The notes under the pieces are model-generated. The model was given only the letters and a program-made list of their open reading frames with translations, did no database searches and was not told where the DNA came from. A program made the position numbers and the translations under genes. Below, piece by piece: positions 9,439 to 20,235 of a stretch of DNA of 64,000 nucleotides (its first letter is position 1; the number at the start of each line of letters is the position of its first letter). The stretch spans positions 175 through 64,174 of the forward strand of contig CANOTJ010000005.1 of the NCBI GenBank assembly GCA_947570175.1, given 5' to 3'. This DNA comes from an uncultured Mycoplasmatota bacterium. GTDB taxonomy: Bacteria; Bacillota_I; Bacilli_A; RF39; UBA660.

Positions 9439-11326
9439 TATTTTTAAATACATTGTTATTGCGGCTGTCTTAATCATTCCATTTATGTATAGCTTTTTCT
9501 ATTTAAAAGCATATTGGAATCCTTATGGAGAAGGAAATATTGATAATATCCCAGTTGCAATTATTAATCAAGATAAAGGTGACAAAGGTAAGGCTTTAGT
9601 TAAAAGTATTGAAGATTCAAAGAAATTAAAAATTTCAGTTGTCACTGAAGAAAAAGCCAATGATGGATTAAATAATGGGGACTACTATGCAATTATTAGT
9701 ATCCCAAAAACATTCACATCCGATATGGAAAGTGCTAAAAATGAGGTAAAACATCATGCAATGATTACTTACTCTCCAAATCAAAAATCAAATTATTTAG
9801 CTAGTCAAATTATTAATAACGTTGTAAATGTAGTAGAGAAAAATCTAGATAACCAGGTAAATAAACAAATTGTCTCTACACTAACAAACAAATTAAATGA
9901 AGTTCCAGAAAGTTTAGAAACAATTGAAAATGGATTCTCTAAATTAGAAGATGGATCTAACCAATTAAAAGAAGGGAGTCTTACTTTAAATAATGGAATT
10001 ACATCTTTAAAAGAAAACTATTCAAAATTTCATAATAGAATTACTTCCATAAGCAATGGATTAACAGAATTAAATAACGCTACTAGTAATCTATCTATGT
10101 TAAATGACAATATGGATACGTTAATAACTGGAGTATCTACTATTAAGAATGGAGAAGATTACTTCAATAGCAAATTAAATGCTTATATAGATGGTGTCCA
10201 AACAGAATTAAACTACACAAATAATATGAGCTCCATTATTGTTCAAGAAATTTGTCCAAAAGTAATGAGTGGTACTGCTACTCAAAACGAAGTACAATTA
10301 TGTGGAATCGCAAATGGATTATCTACTCCTTCTAGTAATTTTGAAAATAAGAATTTAATTACCTATTTACAGGATAGCGGAAATTTGATAAAAGATGGAA
10401 GTTCTACTGTTCAAAATGGTATTGCAGAACTAAATGCAAAAGTATCTGGTCTATCCGAGATAAAACCTCAAATCGCTAAATTACAATCTGGGGTACAAAC
10501 ATTAAAAAATGGATCACAAACGTTATATAATAGTTCCATTGAATTACAAAATGGGATTAATCAATTAAGTAGTGGATCGAATACTCTATACCAAGGAATT
10601 TCTACCTTAAATAGTAGTATTGCTACTGCAAAAGATGAATTAAATATAAATGTAAAAAATACCAAAAAAGAATTAAAAAAATTAGATGGTCTTTCTAATT
10701 ATAGTGAAAAACCTGTTAAGATCAATACAAAAGAAGTAAATAAAGTATCTAGTTATGGTACAGCTTTCTCTCCATTCTTTATTTCCATTGCATTATGGGT
10801 AGGAAGTTTAATGATGTTTATTGTCCTTTATTACGACAAAGCCAACCGATTTGGTATACTTGGTATTGAAAATCAAAATAGAATTCAAAGAACACTTGCT
10901 TACCATGGCTTAGCTACCTTATCGTCAATTATTCTTGGAATATTACTATACTTCCTATTAGATTTTGAAATTACTAATATATTCTTATATTTCTTAACTA
11001 TTATCATTACATCAAATGCATTTATGGCAATTATTGAATTTTTAATAGGAAATTTTCAAGATATTGGTAAATTTATCGCTTTAATTTTACTTGTATTACA
11101 ACTTGCAGCTGCTGGAGGAACTTTCCCAATTGAAACAGTTACAAAAGGATTTAGATGGATGCATAATCTTCTTCCTATGACTTACACAGTAAGATTATTA
11201 AGGGAACCATTAGTAAGTATCCAAAGTAATTTATTGGTTAAAAATTTAATTATTGTCATTGCTATATTCGTTGTCTTCTTTACAATCAATATAGTAATGG
11301 ATATATATAAACAAAAAAAGCATTAA
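9416..11326 (+). CDS. YhgE/Pip domain membrane protein (phage-infection-protein-like, ABC-2-type permease fold)
   Basis: 636 aa with an N-terminal TM segment and a long extracellular region carrying repeated LxNG/QxLxxG coiled motifs. C-terminal block of 5-6 TM segments. Typical YhgE/Pip architecture. Followed by a terminator. Confidence 0.75.
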   Translation: MKKKKENSIFKYIVIAAVLIIPFMYSFFYLKAYWNPYGEGNIDNIPVAIINQDKGDKGKALVKSIEDSKKLKISVVTEEKANDGLNNGDYYAIISIPKTFTSDMESAKNEVKHHAMITYSPNQKSNYLASQIINNVVNVVEKNLDNQVNKQIVSTLTNKLNEVPESLETIENGFSKLEDGSNQLKEGSLTLNNGITSLKENYSKFHNRITSISNGLTELNNATSNLSMLNDNMDTLITGVSTIKNGEDYFNSKLNAYIDGVQTELNYTNNMSSIIVQEICPKVMSGTATQNEVQLCGIANGLSTPSSNFENKNLITYLQDSGNLIKDGSSTVQNGIAELNAKVSGLSEIKPQIAKLQSGVQTLKNGSQTLYNSSIELQNGINQLSSGSNTLYQGISTLNSSIATAKDELNINVKNTKKELKKLDGLSNYSEKPVKINTKEVNKVSSYGTAFSPFFISIALWVGSLMMFIVLYYDKANRFGILGIENQNRIQRTLAYHGLATLSSIILGILLYFLLDFEITNIFLYFLTIIITSNAFMAIIEFLIGNFQDIGKFIALILLVLQLAAAGGTFPIETVTKGFRWMHNLLPMTYTVRLLREPLVSIQSNLLVKNLIIVIAIFVVFFTINIVMDIYKQKKH

Positions 11327-11505
11327 AATGCTTTTTTTAATAGGATGAATTCACTATCAATTCATGAAAAAAGAAACAGTTAAATTATAATGAATCCTAA
11401 TTGCTTTTTGATTTAATCTTTTAATTACTGTTCATATAATTTCTACTTTCTTGTTTCTCAGAGAAAAAAAACATACCTAACTTTTTTACATTTTAAATTT
11501 TCATA

Positions 11506-12468
11506 TCACTTCATCATCACTATTTTTATTTCTATATCATTGTTCTTTATTTTCAAGTTACAATATGCACCTATTGGAATTGTAAACATTGGATTTGTAT
11601 GTCCAAAATCAACTCCATATACAATGGGAACATCTTTTAGTTTTTTCTTATTTTTAATAATAGTTTTTAACTTATCAACAGTCATATTACTGCATAACTG
11701 GAATCTGCCAAAAACAATTCCTTTTATTTTACAATTAGGTAATTGTAATAATGATTCTAAGTTTCTATCAAATTCTAATAAAAATACATCATTACCAAAG
11801 TCATCAGCATCGTCTTCAAGAAACAATATACTATCATTTAAATTGGGCATAAATTCTGTACCTTGCAATAAGTTGATAGTACATAAATTCCCGCCAATAA
11901 TTTTTCCAAAAGATTCACCATTTTGAATTGGTATCATCCCATCGTTTTTTAATGTAACTTTTTCCATTTTACCATTTACTTTTTTATAGTCATATATTTC
12001 CTTTGATGAATGAATCAAAAAATCGTTATTTTTTAATATTTTCTCAAAATATTGTAGAGTATATTCATTACCAGAACTAAAACCACTTAACATTGGGCCA
12101 TAGTATGTAGTTAAATTTGTTTTCTTCATAACTGCAATTAATAATGCTGTAATATCAGAATAACCGATAATCATTTTAGGATTCTGTTTAATAATCTTAT
12201 AATCAATATATGGAAGTATTTGATTAACATTATACCCTCCATTTACACATACGATTATTTCCACATTTTTATCTAAAAATGCATTCATTAAATCTTCAAC
12301 TCTATTTTCAATACTAGAACATCCAAAATAAATATCTTTATCAAAATTGTATTTTCCTACTGTTAATGAATAGCCTAAACTTTTAAAATATTCTCGAGCT
12401 TTTAATATTTTGATTTTATCGTTTTCAGATAAACTCATCGATGGAGCTATTAATCTAACTTCTTTCAT
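11506..12468 (-). CDS. LD-carboxypeptidase (peptidase S66; LdcA/MccF family)
   Basis: 320 aa. VCVNGGYNVNQILPYIDY and GYSDITALL segments match the S66 nucleophile region. Overlaps the upstream gene by 14 bp. Confidence 0.75.
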   Translation of the reverse strand: MKEVRLIAPSMSLSENDKIKILKAREYFKSLGYSLTVGKYNFDKDIYFGCSSIENRVEDLMNAFLDKNVEIIVCVNGGYNVNQILPYIDYKIIKQNPKMIIGYSDITALLIAVMKKTNLTTYYGPMLSGFSSGNEYTLQYFEKILKNNDFLIHSSKEIYDYKKVNGKMEKVTLKNDGMIPIQNGESFGKIIGGNLCTINLLQGTEFMPNLNDSILFLEDDADDFGNDVFLLEFDRNLESLLQLPNCKIKGIVFGRFQLCSNMTVDKLKTIIKNKKKLKDVPIVYGVDFGHTNPMFTIPIGAYCNLKIKNNDIEIKIVMMK

Positions 12469-13939
12469 ATTTAATCTCCTTTCTAAACAGTTTTAATTGT
12501 TGTTCAGTAGAATTTATAAGTTGTTGTGGTCTTTTGATATTTTCGATTTTTATAACATTTAATATTCTCTTTAATTCTCTATTAGAAAATAAACAACCAC
12601 ATGTATCTATTGCATAATAGACAAGTCTATCATTAATTGAGATATATTCACAAAGCAAATCGTATAAATCACCTTTAAAATCTGAATAAAACCCAAGATA
12701 ATCAATATAAGACACCTTAATTAAACTAACTAAATTCATTTTCAAATATAACTCCTCTAAATAATCTTTAGACCTATCAACATTATAGCTTTCTACAATA
12801 TTTTCATTTAATCTTTTATATCTCTCTTGTAATTCTAAGTCTGCTGCAAAATTTTTAAGATTTTCTTCACTAAATAGATAATTTAATTTTGCTTTTAAAT
12901 TTTGTTTCCACTCATTTACTAGTATTTTATTTTGTTTATCCTTTGCAATTTCTTTTTGAACAAATTCATTTACAATATTTTCTTCCTCTGATTTTAGTTC
13001 AGCTTCAATTTTCATTTTTACTAATGATTGAATTTTACTTTTAATGACTGCTAGTGTCTCATTATTAAGTATATTACTTTTATTCTTTACTTTATTATAC
13101 TCATTAATCAGTGCAACTAACTCAGTTACATCTGATACATCAGATTCACTTTCAATTTGTAAACATTCACCATCAACAAACAAATACATTTCTCCATATG
13201 AATATATTTTATCTGCACCTATTAAAAACAAACTATTAGGCTTGCAAGCAAAGAATACACATTTATTACTATCTGGTTTCAAATAGTTTTCAATAAATAT
13301 TTCATTTTTTTGTAGTGTAGCATCATTAGGACAAAAATCAGTTTCCATGGTAATAGGATTAATACTTAGTGACCTAATATTTAAAGGATATTCGTATGGA
13401 TCTTTCCCATAGTAGTAATTGTCATACATTCCTCCATATATTCTTTCTGCCGACATTACACTTCCTGAACAAATTGAGGAAACTAGTATATTTTTATTGT
13501 TTATTAATTCATTAAGTTTAATTCCTCTCAATTCTAATTCATAAAAAATACTAGCAAATTTACTATCAGCACCAATTCCTAAAAATAATAAATCACATTG
13601 CTCAATATTTTCTAATATTTCATCAATGTTATCAGTATCAATTACTGTTAAATTGTTTTTGCTTAATGATTCATATCCTAAATAATTTAAATAATAGTTA
13701 TATGCACTAATATATAACTTTGCTCTTGATATATTATCTTCTTTTGAATATCCACCAATATACGCAATTTTAATATCACTTAAGTTGCCTTTTACTTTTA
13801 ATAATTTTCCTAATAAAGATACATATTTTCTTAAAAATATATTATCAATTAAATCTTTATTTACTCTTGGATTTCCTCCACTAGTAATAACGCTAGGATA
13901 GCTTCCAGCTATCATAATATTTCTTTCCATAATTAACAT
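12455..13939 (-). CDS. peptidase S51 (PepE/cyanophycinase)-like N-terminal domain fused to a coiled-coil/unknown C-terminal domain
   Basis: 494 aa. The N-terminal ~230 aa show a class-I glutamine-amidotransferase-like/S51 pattern (IAYIGGYS, LLFLGIGADS, SSICSGSVMSAERIYGG). The C-terminal half is Lys/Glu-rich and predicted helical. Confidence 0.4.
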   Translation of the reverse strand: MLIMERNIMIAGSYPSVITSGGNPRVNKDLIDNIFLRKYVSLLGKLLKVKGNLSDIKIAYIGGYSKEDNISRAKLYISAYNYYLNYLGYESLSKNNLTVIDTDNIDEILENIEQCDLLFLGIGADSKFASIFYELELRGIKLNELINNKNILVSSICSGSVMSAERIYGGMYDNYYYGKDPYEYPLNIRSLSINPITMETDFCPNDATLQKNEIFIENYLKPDSNKCVFFACKPNSLFLIGADKIYSYGEMYLFVDGECLQIESESDVSDVTELVALINEYNKVKNKSNILNNETLAVIKSKIQSLVKMKIEAELKSEEENIVNEFVQKEIAKDKQNKILVNEWKQNLKAKLNYLFSEENLKNFAADLELQERYKRLNENIVESYNVDRSKDYLEELYLKMNLVSLIKVSYIDYLGFYSDFKGDLYDLLCEYISINDRLVYYAIDTCGCLFSNRELKRILNVIKIENIKRPQQLINSTEQQLKLFRKEIKYERS

Positions 13940-14268
13940 CTCTCTTTCATATAACTTTTTTAAGTGATGCTAATTACCTAAAATAAAAACTATACAGATT
14001 TTATTTACCTGTATAGTTCATTTTTATCTTTAATACAGGCAACAAGCACCACAAATAGCACTTGTGCCTACGATCAAAATTTAATGTCGTATTAACAAGT
14101 GCAGATTATTATGATGATGTTGTCTCATGATATTATTATTTTTTAACATAACAATCGCTTCCTTTCAAAATTATTTAAATTCTACCATACTTATACTATG
14201 TTGTCAAATTTTAAAAATAATAGGATGATAAAATATATACTTCAGATTATTGGCTATATAGCCTTTAT

Positions 14269-15159
14269 CTATATAATTCTTTCTTTTATAATATCTTCAG
14301 AATTTAATTTTCCAATTAATAAAGAGGACGTTGGATCATGATCCATCATATTCTTCCTTACTTTTTTCTCATCATAATTGGCATAACAATATTTACAAAA
14401 ATGAGAACAAGAATTATAAACACCAATATCTACCATTTCTACGCAATGACACTTCTTCTCTCCTCGTGCCCTCCATGTTTTAAAATTGGTCTTTCCTGTT
14501 AATTGATAAGCCAATTGATGAGATAAACATTCTCCTTTAGAAAATCCAAATTCCACTAAATTCTCTTCTTCAAAACAGGTTTGAACATGCATACCATATT
14601 TACGCGCACTTTTACTAAAATGTTTCCCAATTTGTTCAAAATCTGTTTTGTTAAAAGGTTTCACCTTTAAAATACATTGATTTTTCCTTACATTTTTATA
14701 TTCATCTATAAAAGAAATAATGATATTTTTTACATATCCTGATAGTAATTCACACAAATGATGAAAAGCATGAATATGATAACGAATATCATATTCATCA
14801 CTTAAAAAAACAGGATCATATCGAATATAGACATACTCTTTTCCTATAATAGAACTAAGTTTTTTTATCGATTCTATAATTTCTCCTTTGGGTGGGACAT
14901 TTGGTTCAATATCTTTTCTATACGGTGTAATCGTTACATGAAATACCATAGGATGTTTAATTTCATGTAAATGATTTAAAATAGGAATCGGATTTTTAGT
15001 ACAAAAAAGAATCGCATCAACGTTTTGAAAGTTAATTCGACTCACCTTCTTCGGATAAAACGGATTTCGAACATCTACAAAGCCTGCATGATACCTTTTC
15101 ATAAACCATTTAGAGTAAAAGGCAACAATATCCGTTCTTCCACTAACATTTAAAATCAT
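14269..15159 (-). CDS. DUF1848 domain protein (Cys-rich C-terminus, Fe-S-like)
   Basis: The ORF track extends to 15264. The likely start is the internal Met (MILNVSGRTD) abutting the stop of the upstream gene. C-terminal CHCVEMVDIGVYNSCSHFCKYCYANYD cysteine cluster. Confidence 0.5.
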   Translation of the reverse strand: MILNVSGRTDIVAFYSKWFMKRYHAGFVDVRNPFYPKKVSRINFQNVDAILFCTKNPIPILNHLHEIKHPMVFHVTITPYRKDIEPNVPPKGEIIESIKKLSSIIGKEYVYIRYDPVFLSDEYDIRYHIHAFHHLCELLSGYVKNIIISFIDEYKNVRKNQCILKVKPFNKTDFEQIGKHFSKSARKYGMHVQTCFEEENLVEFGFSKGECLSHQLAYQLTGKTNFKTWRARGEKKCHCVEMVDIGVYNSCSHFCKYCYANYDEKKVRKNMMDHDPTSSLLIGKLNSEDIIKERII

Positions 15160-15800
15160 CGTTTTGGTTCTTCTCTTTGAAAAAATACAATTGTAATCAC
15201 AATAACCATTCCTACCAAAACCAAAACAAATGGAATTATACTCATATATCCTACTGTGTTCCAAATATCTAAAATAGCACTAGAATTAATAGATATACCA
15301 TATAAATAGTAAATCAATACTCCTATTAATAAAATAAAAAGGCCAGCAATCATTCCTACAACTTTATAAAATTTACGATCATTTTCTTTATAATGATTTA
15401 ACAAACGATTAATAAGGCCAAATATAGCAATGACTAAAAGAACAAGGCCTACAATAATATATTTAATTCCGCCATTTAAATCTACTACAATAGCATTCTG
15501 TGGGTTCTTTTCTTGATATCGGATTTTTTTCTGACTACCTAAAGCTGGTAACTTCGTTACTTTATTTTCTGATTCTATAAAATAAGTCTGCTTATCAATC
15601 ACATAAGAGTAAGTTAACGTATAAATAACTGGGCTTTGTGTATTATCCATCTCATATTTCATGAAGTATCCATCTGTTGTTTTATAAGCTTTTGTTTTCT
15701 TTATATCCGCAAAGTATTCCATATATCCCATATATAGAAAAAATAGTCCTGTAGTTAAAAATAATATTAGTATTAATCTTAGAAATGTATTTTTATTCAT
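15156..15800 (-). CDS. membrane protein, DUF3592-like (two N-terminal and three C-terminal TM segments)
   Basis: 214-aa hydrophobic ORF. The architecture resembles DUF3592. Confidence 0.4.
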   Translation of the reverse strand: MNKNTFLRLILILFLTTGLFFLYMGYMEYFADIKKTKAYKTTDGYFMKYEMDNTQSPVIYTLTYSYVIDKQTYFIESENKVTKLPALGSQKKIRYQEKNPQNAIVVDLNGGIKYIIVGLVLLVIAIFGLINRLLNHYKENDRKFYKVVGMIAGLFILLIGVLIYYLYGISINSSAILDIWNTVGYMSIIPFVLVLVGMVIVITIVFFQREEPKR

Positions 15801-15893
15801 ATAAACTCTCCTAACACTATTTCCATTATAAATTTTTAAGTCAAAAAAAGCAATGCTTTTCGCATTTACCTTAAAATATTTTTAACCTTCTAT

Positions 15894-17003
15894 TTACAAT
15901 ATTTTATGTTTTTCTTTTATAAAATACCCACAAAAATACTTAGAGCTATAATAAAAAGTTTTTATCTTTTTATTTATCCATAATCTGGCTTGATTATAAA
16001 TAATAAAATTACATTTTTTCAATTCTATCATCTGATTATTCTTATTCACATATCGAATAATTTCCTTTAATTTTTTTTGTTTTAAAAGCCCATCTATGTA
16101 ATCTTCAAACTCTCTTTGTTTTATCTTGGAATAGCACACCAAATCAGAAAGAAATAAAGTTAAAAAATAGATCATTTTTAAAGAAGCAATGTTTTTATAA
16201 TATTTTTTATCCTTAATCTTAAATTCCTTAGTTGCTTGATATAAATCATAATAAACATAAATTGTATCTTCCATTTTTTTCTTTAATAAATTAAGATCCT
16301 TTGAATAGGTAATTCCATCCTTATTCTCATTATATACATATAATTCATCTGGAATAAATAAAAATGATTGCATTTCCTTATAGATTTTTAAATTACAAGC
16401 TAAATCTTCTTTATATGTTAAATTCGATTCAATCTGACTAACATTTTTCATAATTCCTCGTTTTTTAATCAGTTGTCTACAAATGGAATCACAATGATTT
16501 GTTTTATATAACAAATCAAAAAACTGAGGCTCTAAATGTTCCATATCCATTAAAACATTACGATTTAAAATATTCTTAGGAATCTCTATTTTCTCATTTC
16601 GAAACACCTGATACTGACAATGTACAATATCTACATGATATTCTTTTAAATTTTGAATCATAATTTCTATCATATTTTTCAATATATAATCATCACTATC
16701 AACATACATCAAATACTTTCCATTTGCTTTTTTATATCCTTCTAGCCTGGATAAGTAGGTTCCTCTATTCTCGTGCTCAATTAAAATAATTCGATCATCT
16801 TTTTTCATTTTTCTCTTGATTAAACGATTCGTTTTATCAGTAGAACCATCATCAATTACAATCACTTCTAAATTTTGATAGGTTTGGTTCAAAATAGAAT
16901 TTAAACATCTAGTAATATATTTCTCAGTATTATATGCAAGAACAATAACACTAATCAAGTCATTTTTACTTAAAATCTTTTTCATAACTCCCCCTAAGGT
17001 CAC
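15894..17003 (-). CDS. family 2 glycosyltransferase
   Basis: The ISVIVLAYNTEKYITRCLNSILNQTYQNLEVIVIDDGSTD signature gives the GT-A fold with DxD (YVDSDD). Confidence 0.8.
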   Translation of the reverse strand: MTLGGVMKKILSKNDLISVIVLAYNTEKYITRCLNSILNQTYQNLEVIVIDDGSTDKTNRLIKRKMKKDDRIILIEHENRGTYLSRLEGYKKANGKYLMYVDSDDYILKNMIEIMIQNLKEYHVDIVHCQYQVFRNEKIEIPKNILNRNVLMDMEHLEPQFFDLLYKTNHCDSICRQLIKKRGIMKNVSQIESNLTYKEDLACNLKIYKEMQSFLFIPDELYVYNENKDGITYSKDLNLLKKKMEDTIYVYYDLYQATKEFKIKDKKYYKNIASLKMIYFLTLFLSDLVCYSKIKQREFEDYIDGLLKQKKLKEIIRYVNKNNQMIELKKCNFIIYNQARLWINKKIKTFYYSSKYFCGYFIKEKHKIL

Positions 17004-17034
17004 TTTATAAGTATACTGTTTTTTTTGAATGCCG

Positions 17035-19695
17035 TCAACCCATTTTTTTACTTCTTCTTCGACTAAAAAATTTATAAATCTCCATGACGCCTATAATTGG
17101 TATAGAGTACAATAAAATGTAAATTAAATGGTAAATCGGAATTTTTGTTGTTTGTAAAATAGTACTAAAGAAAGGGACTTCCATAACAATGATTTGTAAT
17201 AATATAGCTGAAACAATACTAAATATAACAAATGGGTTTCGAAATATAGATATTTGAAAAGTAGATAGTCTTTCACTACGACAATTTAAAACATGAAAGT
17301 TTTGGGCAAAAACCATATAAGCCATTACATATCCTCTAGCAACTTTTACATCAAATTGTAAACCCTTTATCAAATAAATCCATAAGATAAAAACAGAGAT
17401 TCCTATAAAAAATCCAGATAATAATACTTCTTTACATAGGGGAGTATCAAAAATACTATCTTTAGGATTTCTTGGTTTTTCATACATAATTTCCTTTTCT
17501 TCTCTTTCAAACGATAAAGCCAAATCTTGAAGTCCATCTGTAACAATATTTAACCATAACAATTGAACAGCAACTAATGGCATTGGCATATTACATAAAA
17601 TAGATAAAACAAAGAATAATACTTCGGCAATTCCACAAGAAAGTAACATGTAAATAACTTTTCGTATATTGCTATAAGCATTTCTTCCCTCCTCGATGGC
17701 AGACACAATCGATAAGAAATTATCATCTGTAATAATCATAGTGCCTGTTTCCTTTGCAACATCTGTGCCACTTCCCATAGCAATTCCAATATTAGCAGAT
17801 TTAATAGCTGGTGCATCATTTACTCCATCTCCTGTTACCGCGACAAATTCTCCTTGCCGCTTGTAAGAATTTACAATTTCTAATTTTTGAATTGGAGTAA
17901 CACGGGTAAAAATACTTTTTGTTTTAATAAATTGATCAAATATCTGATTTCCTTTTTTTAAATACTGATCAATTTCATCACCTGTTGTGACTTGATCATA
18001 ATCCTGTATCAATCGTAACTCTTTGGCAATTGAAAATGCTGTCAAGGGATGATCTCCTGTTATCATCACTACCTGGATTCCTGCTTTTTGACATTTCCTG
18101 ATAGAATCTAATGTTTCTCTTCGAATTGGATCAATAAATGCAACTAAACCCATAAAAGTCAAATTACTAATATCGGATTCCTCATAGTATTTTTTCTGTT
18201 GCATTTTCCCTTTTGCTATTGCAATTACGCGATATCCTTGTTTTGCTAAAGCATCATTTTGTTTTTGAATCAGTGAAGTATCTAATTTCTTTATTTGCTC
18301 TTCGATCTTCATAGAATTACAAAATGAAAGTATAACTTCTAATGATCCCTTCACTGTACAATAGCAAGTTTGATTTTCTTGATAAAAAACAGAAGAATAT
18401 TTTTTTTCTGATTCATAAGGAATTTTATTAATAATATTTTGATAAATCTCTACATTTGCCTTTTTAGATAAAGATAAAAAAGCGATATCGATAGAGTCTC
18501 CCAAAGAAATCCACTCATTATCTTCAAACCGCAATTCCGCTTCATTATTGATAGCTCCTAGAAAACTAATCTCCTGTGCCTTTGATAAATTGTGACCAAT
18601 AATTTTTCCTTGATCATTATAACCAATTCCTTCTATATCATAGCAAGATCCATCTGGTAACATAATTTTCTTAGCAGTTTGTTCATTCAATGTCAGTGTT
18701 CCTGTTTTATCACTGGCTATAACTGTACAACTTCCTAAACTTTCTACAGAATTTAGTTTCTTTACAATAACATTTCTTTTGGCCATACGGTTAGAACCAA
18801 TTGTAAGTGCAAGGGTTAAGGCTAAAGGCAGTCCTTCCGGCATAGCAGATACCGATAAGGCAATAACTGATAAAAATATCTCCGAAGGGCTTTCCTTTTT
18901 CATCAACAATAAAACAGTTAATAAAATAGAAATCATTATGACCAAAATACTAATTTGTTTGGAAAATTTTTCCATTCTTATCATTAAAGGCGATTTCTCT
19001 TGCTTTGTTTCAATTACTTTGTTAGCAATTTTTCCTATTTCTGTTTTTGTCCCTGTTTTAACCACAACACAAGTAGCTCTACCCGTAATAACAGAAGTTC
19101 CAGCAAAAGCCATATTTTTTTGTTCAGATAAGCTAACAGAGTGAGGAATCATTTTATTATTTTTATTAGCGGCAATAGATTCTCCTGTCAATATGGCTTC
19201 ATTAATTGTTAAATTAGTAGATTCCAAGATTCTTAAATCCGCCGATATTTTATTACCAGACTCCAATAATACAATATCTCCAGGTACTAATTGTTGCGCA
19301 TCAATATCCATTTCCTTTTGATTTCGAATAACTCTTGTTTTTGTTTTTATAATCTTCTCCAAACTCTCAGCACTTTTAGAGGCTCTCCATTCTTGAATAG
19401 TTCCCATGATAGCATCTATCAAAATAATAAATATAATAGCAAATCCATCTATTTTTTCACCAATAATGAAAGAAAAAATAATTGCTACTATCATAATTAT
19501 TATAATAGGATCCATAAATTCACCAATAAAAATTTGAAAAATATTTTTTTTCTTTTCTTTTGGTAAGATATTAAAACCATATTGTTTTAGTCGTTTACCT
19601 GCTTCTAAATCAGAGAGCCCCGATAAATTAGTATCTAGTTCTCCCAATAATTGTTCTAATTCTTTTTGATATATTTCCATACTATCCTCCAGCAT
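17035..19695 (-). CDS. P-type cation-transporting ATPase (Ca2+/cation P2-type)
   Basis: 886 aa with the DKTGTLT phosphorylation motif, TGDGVNDAPA hinge and PEGLP motif, and 8-10 TM segments. Confidence 0.9.
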   Translation of the reverse strand: MLEDSMEIYQKELEQLLGELDTNLSGLSDLEAGKRLKQYGFNILPKEKKKNIFQIFIGEFMDPIIIIMIVAIIFSFIIGEKIDGFAIIFIILIDAIMGTIQEWRASKSAESLEKIIKTKTRVIRNQKEMDIDAQQLVPGDIVLLESGNKISADLRILESTNLTINEAILTGESIAANKNNKMIPHSVSLSEQKNMAFAGTSVITGRATCVVVKTGTKTEIGKIANKVIETKQEKSPLMIRMEKFSKQISILVIMISILLTVLLLMKKESPSEIFLSVIALSVSAMPEGLPLALTLALTIGSNRMAKRNVIVKKLNSVESLGSCTVIASDKTGTLTLNEQTAKKIMLPDGSCYDIEGIGYNDQGKIIGHNLSKAQEISFLGAINNEAELRFEDNEWISLGDSIDIAFLSLSKKANVEIYQNIINKIPYESEKKYSSVFYQENQTCYCTVKGSLEVILSFCNSMKIEEQIKKLDTSLIQKQNDALAKQGYRVIAIAKGKMQQKKYYEESDISNLTFMGLVAFIDPIRRETLDSIRKCQKAGIQVVMITGDHPLTAFSIAKELRLIQDYDQVTTGDEIDQYLKKGNQIFDQFIKTKSIFTRVTPIQKLEIVNSYKRQGEFVAVTGDGVNDAPAIKSANIGIAMGSGTDVAKETGTMIITDDNFLSIVSAIEEGRNAYSNIRKVIYMLLSCGIAEVLFFVLSILCNMPMPLVAVQLLWLNIVTDGLQDLALSFEREEKEIMYEKPRNPKDSIFDTPLCKEVLLSGFFIGISVFILWIYLIKGLQFDVKVARGYVMAYMVFAQNFHVLNCRSERLSTFQISIFRNPFVIFSIVSAILLQIIVMEVPFFSTILQTTKIPIYHLIYILLYSIPIIGVMEIYKFFSRRRSKKMG

Positions 19696-19785
19696 AATTT
19701 TATTATATCATTTTTTCTAGTAATGACAAAATATAGGATATTTTTTAATCGTTTTATGCTATAATTCTATTATAGAGGTGATACT

Positions 19786-20211
19786 ATGAAAAAATTAGTT
19801 ATTCTTACTTTTATTCTATCCTTATTTTGTTGCGGATGCATGGAGAAAGAATTCACTTGCACATCTGAAAAAAACGAGGATGGAGCGCTTACGAATATAT
19901 CAGTAAAATATAATTTTTCTATATTTGGAAAACAACAAGCAAGAAAAGAAAAAAATACAATTCAATTTGAAAATCCCGATGATTTCTATTACTATTATGA
20001 TTACGCAAAAGAGGTTTATAACAATAGTAATAACGAACTTTTATATTACGATATTCAAAAAAATGAAGAAAACTTAACAATCGAAATATCTAGAAATCTA
20101 ACCCTTTCTAATATCGATCATACATTGAAAGAAGAATTAGAACCTACTGAAAAGCTTACAAGGAAAAAAATCAAAGAGTATTATACAAATATGGGATATC
20201 AATGTAATTAA
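19786..20211 (+). CDS. putative lipoprotein (signal peptide plus CCGC lipobox-like), hypothetical
   Basis: 141 aa. The N-terminus MKKLVILTFILSLFCCGCM looks like a signal peptide. Confidence 0.5.
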   Translation: MKKLVILTFILSLFCCGCMEKEFTCTSEKNEDGALTNISVKYNFSIFGKQQARKEKNTIQFENPDDFYYYYDYAKEVYNNSNNELLYYDIQKNEENLTIEISRNLTLSNIDHTLKEELEPTEKLTRKKIKEYYTNMGYQCN

Positions 20212-20235
20212 AAAAAGATACCTAAGATATCTTTC

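Noticed and set aside
14038-14110. Imperfect hairpins in the 330-bp intergenic region between the S51-like gene and the DUF1848 gene, considered as a small RNA
   Set aside because: Only imperfect inverted repeats plus a clean terminator-like hairpin at 13990-14016. No promoter-terminator pair delimits an sRNA.
18779-19566. Plus-strand ORFs (121 aa and 91 aa) inside the P-type ATPase gene
   Set aside because: They are antisense to a gene with unmistakable P-type ATPase motifs. Judged spurious.
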